The notes beneath the pieces were generated by a model. The model made no database searches. It was not told the origin of the DNA and worked only from the letters and a program-made list of their open reading frames with translations. The position numbers and the translations under genes are program-made. Source: Macrostomum lignano (lineage: Eukaryota). Taken from it: a DNA stretch of 64,000 nt. Position 1 is the stretch's first letter, and the number at the start of each line of letters is the position of its first letter. The DNA lies in NCBI GenBank assembly GCA_002269645.1, contig NIVC01003638.1, positions 1 to 64,000 on the forward strand, read 5' to 3'. Of the stretch, positions 60,201 through 64,000 are shown piece by piece.

Positions 60201-63200
60201 CTGCTCAAGCTGCGCCGCGAGATGGAGGACAACGTGCTGCAGCACGAGCAGATGGTACAGCAGCTGCGCAAGAAGCAGCAGGATGCCGTCAACGAGCTCT
60301 CTGAGCAGGTTGACCAGCTGCAGAAGACCAAGTCCAAGGTTGAGAAGGAGAAGTCGCAGTTCAAGGCCGAGCTGGAAGATCTGCACTCCCAGCTGGAGCA
60401 CGTCAGCAAGGCCAAGGCTAACGCCGAGAAGAACGCCAAGACCCTGGACGGCCAGTTGAGCGACCTGCAGGCCCGCCTCGACGAGGCCACCCGACAGATC
60501 GGCGACCTGCAGTCGCAGAAGAACCGCGCCGCGCAGGAGGGCGGCGAACTCGGCCGCAAGCTGGAGGAGGCCGAGGCCCAGCTCGGCCAGCTGAGCAAGG
60601 CCAAGCAGCAGCTCACCCAGCAGCTGGAGGAGGCCAGGCGCAACCTGGAAGACGAGAGCCGGCTGAAGTCCAAGCTGAGCTCGGACGTGCGCAACCTGAA
60701 CGCCGACCTGGACCAGATCCGGGAGCAGCTGGAGGAGGAGCAGGAGGCCAAGTCCGACCTGCAGCGTCAGCTGGCCAAAGCCCAGAGCGAGGCTCAGCAG
60801 TGGCGCTCCAAGTACGAGAGCGGCGGCGGCGGCGGCGGCGAGGAGGTCGAGGAGCTGAAACGCCGCCTGCAATCCAAGCTGCTGGAGGCCCAGGTGAGTC
60901 CATTAATTAAGCCAATAAGCAAAATCTTGGTTTCATCATCTCCCAGCCGCACGGCCGGTTTTCTAATCCTCATCTACCCTCGCTCACCTTCGCCAATCCG
61001 CAGGACGAGATGGAGAGTGCCAAGGCCAAGCTGGCGCAGGTGGAGAAGGCCCGCAACCGCCTGCAGGCCGAACTGGAGGACGCCACCGTCGACCTCGAGC
61101 GCTCCACCCTGCTGGCCTCTCAGCTGGAGAAGAAGCAGAAGAACTTCGACAAAACCCTGGCCGAGTGGCAGCAGAAGTACCAGAGCGCCCAGTCTGATCT
61201 GGAATCGACGCAGCGGGAATCCCGCGGCTATTCCGCCGAGATCTTCAAGCTGAAGGCTCAGCTGGAGGAGGCCCGCGACCAGACCGAGGCGGTTAGGCGA
61301 GAAAACAAGAGTCTTGCCGATGAGATCCGCGACCTTACTGAGCAGCTGGGCGAAGGTGGCCGCAACGTGCACGAGGTGGACAAGGCCCGTCGCCGCCTGG
61401 AGATGGAGAAGGAAGAGCTGCAGGCCGCCCTTGAGGAGGCCGAGTCTGCGCTTGAGCAGGTGGGCTTGATTCCAGAGGCATTCTGGCGTTATCTAATTAG
61501 AGCCGAGAATAAGAGATTCTACCTGTGTAATTATGCAGTTATCTATGGCAGGGTTCCACCTGTGTAATTATGCAGTTATCTATGGCAGGGTTCCACCTGT
61601 GTAATTATGCAGTTATCTATGGCAGGGTTCCACCTGTGTAATTATGCAATTATCTATGGCAGGGTTCCACCTGTGTAATTATGCAGTTATCTATGGCCGG
61701 GTTCCACCTGTGTAATTATGCAGTTATCTATGGCCGGGTTCCACCTGTGTAATTATGCAGTTATCTATGGCCGAGTTCCACCTGTGTAATTATGCAGTTA
61801 TCTATGGCCGGGTTCCACCTGTGTAATTATGCAGTTATCTATGGCCGGGTTCCACCTGTGTAATTATGCAGTTATCTATGGCCGGGTTTCACCTGTGTAA
61901 TTATGCAGTTATCTATGGCCGGATTCCACCTGTGTAATTATGCAGTTATCTATGGCCGAGTTCCACCTGTGTAATTATGCAGTTATCTATGGCCGAGTTC
62001 CACCTGTGTAATCATGCAATTATCTATGGCCGGGTTTCACCTGTGTAAATATGGAATTGTCTATGGCCGAGTTCCACCTGTGTAATTATGCAGTTATCCA
62101 TGGCAGGGTTCCACCTGTGTAATTATGCAATTATCTATGGCCGGGTTCCACCTGGAGATTTTTTGGGAGCAGATTCTCTTCGGAAATTTGGCAGTCTCAA
62201 TAGAAATATAAAAGCCAAAAATTTGCCCATAACTACTGACAGTAGCCTCGCACTTTTCACCAACGAAAATTTCAACATTACACCTCGCCCAGGAGGAGGC
62301 CAAGGTAGCCCGCACCCAGCTGGAGCTCGCCCAGGTGCGCCAGGACATCGACCGTCGCATCGCTGAGAAAGAGGAAGAGTTCGAGAGCACCAGGAAGAAC
62401 CACCAGCGCGCCATGGACTCGATGGCCGCCACCGTGGACGCCGAGGCCAAAGGCAAGGCGGAGGTGCAGCGCCAGAAGAAGAAGCTGGAGCAGGACATCA
62501 ACGAGCTGGAGGTGGCTCTGGACAGCGCCAACCGGGCCCGCGCCGATGCCGACAAGACCGTGAAGAAGTACCAGCAGCAGCTGCGCGAGATTCAGGTGAG
62601 AGTTGAGACTTTTTTCTTCATTTCTGGCAAGTCTGGCCCCAGATCTGACAAGTCTGGCCCCAGATCTGACAAGTCTGGCCCCAGATCTGACAAGTCTGGC
62701 CCCAGATCTGACAAGTCTGACCCCAGATCTGACAAGTCTGGCCCCAGATCTGACAAGTCTGACCCCAGATCTGACAAGTCTGGCCCCAGATCTGACAAGT
62801 CTGACCCCAGATCTGACAAGTCTGACCCCAGATCTGACAAGTCTGACCCCAGATCTGACAAGTCTGACCCCAGATCTGACAAGTCTGACCCCAGATCTGA
62901 CAAGTCTGACCCCAGATCTGACAAGTCTGACCCCAGATCTGACAAGTCTGAGCCCAGATCTGACAAGTCTGAGCCCAGATCTGACAAGTCTGAGCCCAGA
63001 TCTGACAAGTCTGAGCCCAGATCTGACAAGTCTGACCCCAGATCTGACAAGTCTGACCCCAGATCTGACAAGTCTGACCCCAGATCTGACAAGTCTGACC
63101 CCAGATCTGACAAGTCTGACCCCAGATCTTACAAGTCTGACCCCAATCTGACTTATTTGATTATTTGAATTTATCAGTTTTTCATTTCATGAGCTACTTC

Positions 63201-63858
63201 ACTTACTGCAAGTAGCAATACGCAAATATGCATCAATAGAAATATGCACGCCCCAATCGCAGTCGCAAGTGGAAGACGAGCAGCGCCAGCGTGACGAGGC
63301 CGCGAGCAGGCCATGTCGGCTGAGCGCAAGCTCAACATGTTCACCACCGAGCTTGACGAGCTGCGCACCCAGCTCGAATCCGCCGAACGGGCGCGCAAGG
63401 CGGCCGAATCCGAGCGCATGGAGGCCTCCGATCGCATCGGCGAGCTCAGCGCCTCCAACGCGTCTCTCAGCGCCACCAAGCGCAAGCTGGAGGCCGACAT
63501 CAACGCTATGCGCGGCGACCTCGACGAGCAGCACAACGAGGCGCGCAACGCCGAGGAGCGCGCCAAGAAGGCCGCCATGGACACGCAGCGCCTCGCCGAC
63601 GAGGTCCGCGTCGAGCAGGAGCACGCGCTGCACGCCGAGAAGGCCCGGCGCCAGATGGAGAACGCGCTGAAGGAGCTGCAGGCCCGTCTGGACGCGGCCG
63701 AGGGCGGCGCTGCCAAGGGCGGCAAGCGCGAGCTGGCCAAGCTGGAGTCGCGGGTGCGCGACCTCGAGGGCGAGCTGGACGCCGAGCAGCGCCGGCACCA
63801 GGAGACGCAGAAGAACGCCAGGAAGTCCGAGCGCCGACTCAAGGAGCTGTCGTTTGCT
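54296..63858 (+). CDS. Mhc: Striated-muscle-type myosin II heavy chain, 3'-partial. Exons 54296-54493, 54583-54726, 54906-55062, 55149-55176, 55504-55618, 56896-56988, 57067-57130, 57222-58304, 58391-58458, 58565-58770, 58856-60893, 61004-61459, 62293-62595, 63263-63858 (this exon has a 1-nt frameshift near 63300).
   Basis: Motor motifs present: [26 protein letters not shown]-loop [15 protein letters not shown]|[24 protein letters not shown] and [19 protein letters not shown]. These are followed by IQ motifs, [14 protein letters not shown] and a heptad coiled-coil rod. Exon phases are consistent, including a 28-nt micro-exon. The last visible donor is GCT|GTGAGC at 63858. Confidence 0.97.
55810..56335. 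repeat. 49-bp tandem array (GATAGAGAGAACGATCTTTGACCGGCAATGTACACTTGGGAGGGTAGGG)n in a myosin intron
   Basis: Direct reading; the period was measured between 55921 and 55970. Confidence 0.93.
61518..62155. repeat. 37-bp tandem array (CACCTGTGTAATTATGCAGTTATCTATGGCMGGGTTC)n in a myosin intron
   Basis: Direct reading; the period was measured between 61561 and 61598. Confidence 0.93.
62625..63150. repeat. 21-bp tandem array (CAAGTCTGACCCCAGATCTGA)n in a myosin intron
   Basis: Direct reading. It explains the RSDKSDP read-through ORF. Confidence 0.95.
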
Positions 63859-63939
63859 GTGAGCAGGGCTGGTCGAGATAAGAATGGGTCATTGGACTTT
63901 GAGAGATATGAGGCATTAAACGATGAGGGTCATAAGTCA

Positions 63940-64000
63940 TTGAACACTGAGGGTCATGAGTCATTGGACACTGAGGGTCATGAGTCATTGGACACTGAGA
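63940..64000. repeat. Start of a 24-bp array (GAGGGTCATGAGTCATTGGACACT)n, truncated by the window end
   Basis: About 2.5 units are visible inside the intron that begins at 63859. Confidence 0.65.

Noticed and set aside
11014-63168. Many long repetitive ORFs (for example 11619-12218, 26481-27802, 32935-34072, 38778-40796, 41101-42266, 44723-45873, 62335-63168)
   Set aside because: They coincide with tandem arrays, are open in several frames or on both strands, and mostly lie inside introns defined by flanking conserved exons.
57185-63798. Long antisense ORFs over the myosin gene (57185-58273, 60078-60872, 63174-63842 and others)
   Set aside because: These are shadows of strong GC3 codon bias in the sense exons, with no independent homology.
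58856-63858. Rod exons could be read as a separate paramyosin gene
   Set aside because: The rod is continuous in one exon (58856-60893) with the converter and IQ region of the motor domain.

Overview
Animal (eukaryotic) genomic DNA with GT-AG introns and GC3-rich exons. There are no prokaryotic features and no CRISPR array. The combination of GC-rich, polyQ/polyA-rich exons and introns filled with minisatellites is suggestive of a free-living flatworm such as Macrostomum, but this is inference only. By manual splicing I reconstruct six genes. (1) The 3' part of a synapsin gene (+, 198-14024). (2) A complete two-domain TIMP gene nested antisense in the 10.2-kb synapsin intron (-, 8582-4218), with an unusual 88-aa leader before Cys1. 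(3) A two-exon, apparently kinase-less protein with two PAK-type PBD/autoinhibitory modules (-, 19038-17531). (4) An intronless 100-aa secreted six-Cys protein (-, 20786-20484). (5) A complete DIP2 gene (+, 24182-44237, 9 exons). (6) A striated-type myosin II heavy chain (+, from 54296, running off the window), with a GC-AG intron and a 1-nt frameshift. About 23 tandem arrays with different units occupy most large introns and the DIP2-myosin intergenic space, and they account for most of the long repetitive ORFs in the track. All coordinates were counted by hand; repeat boundaries are approximate.
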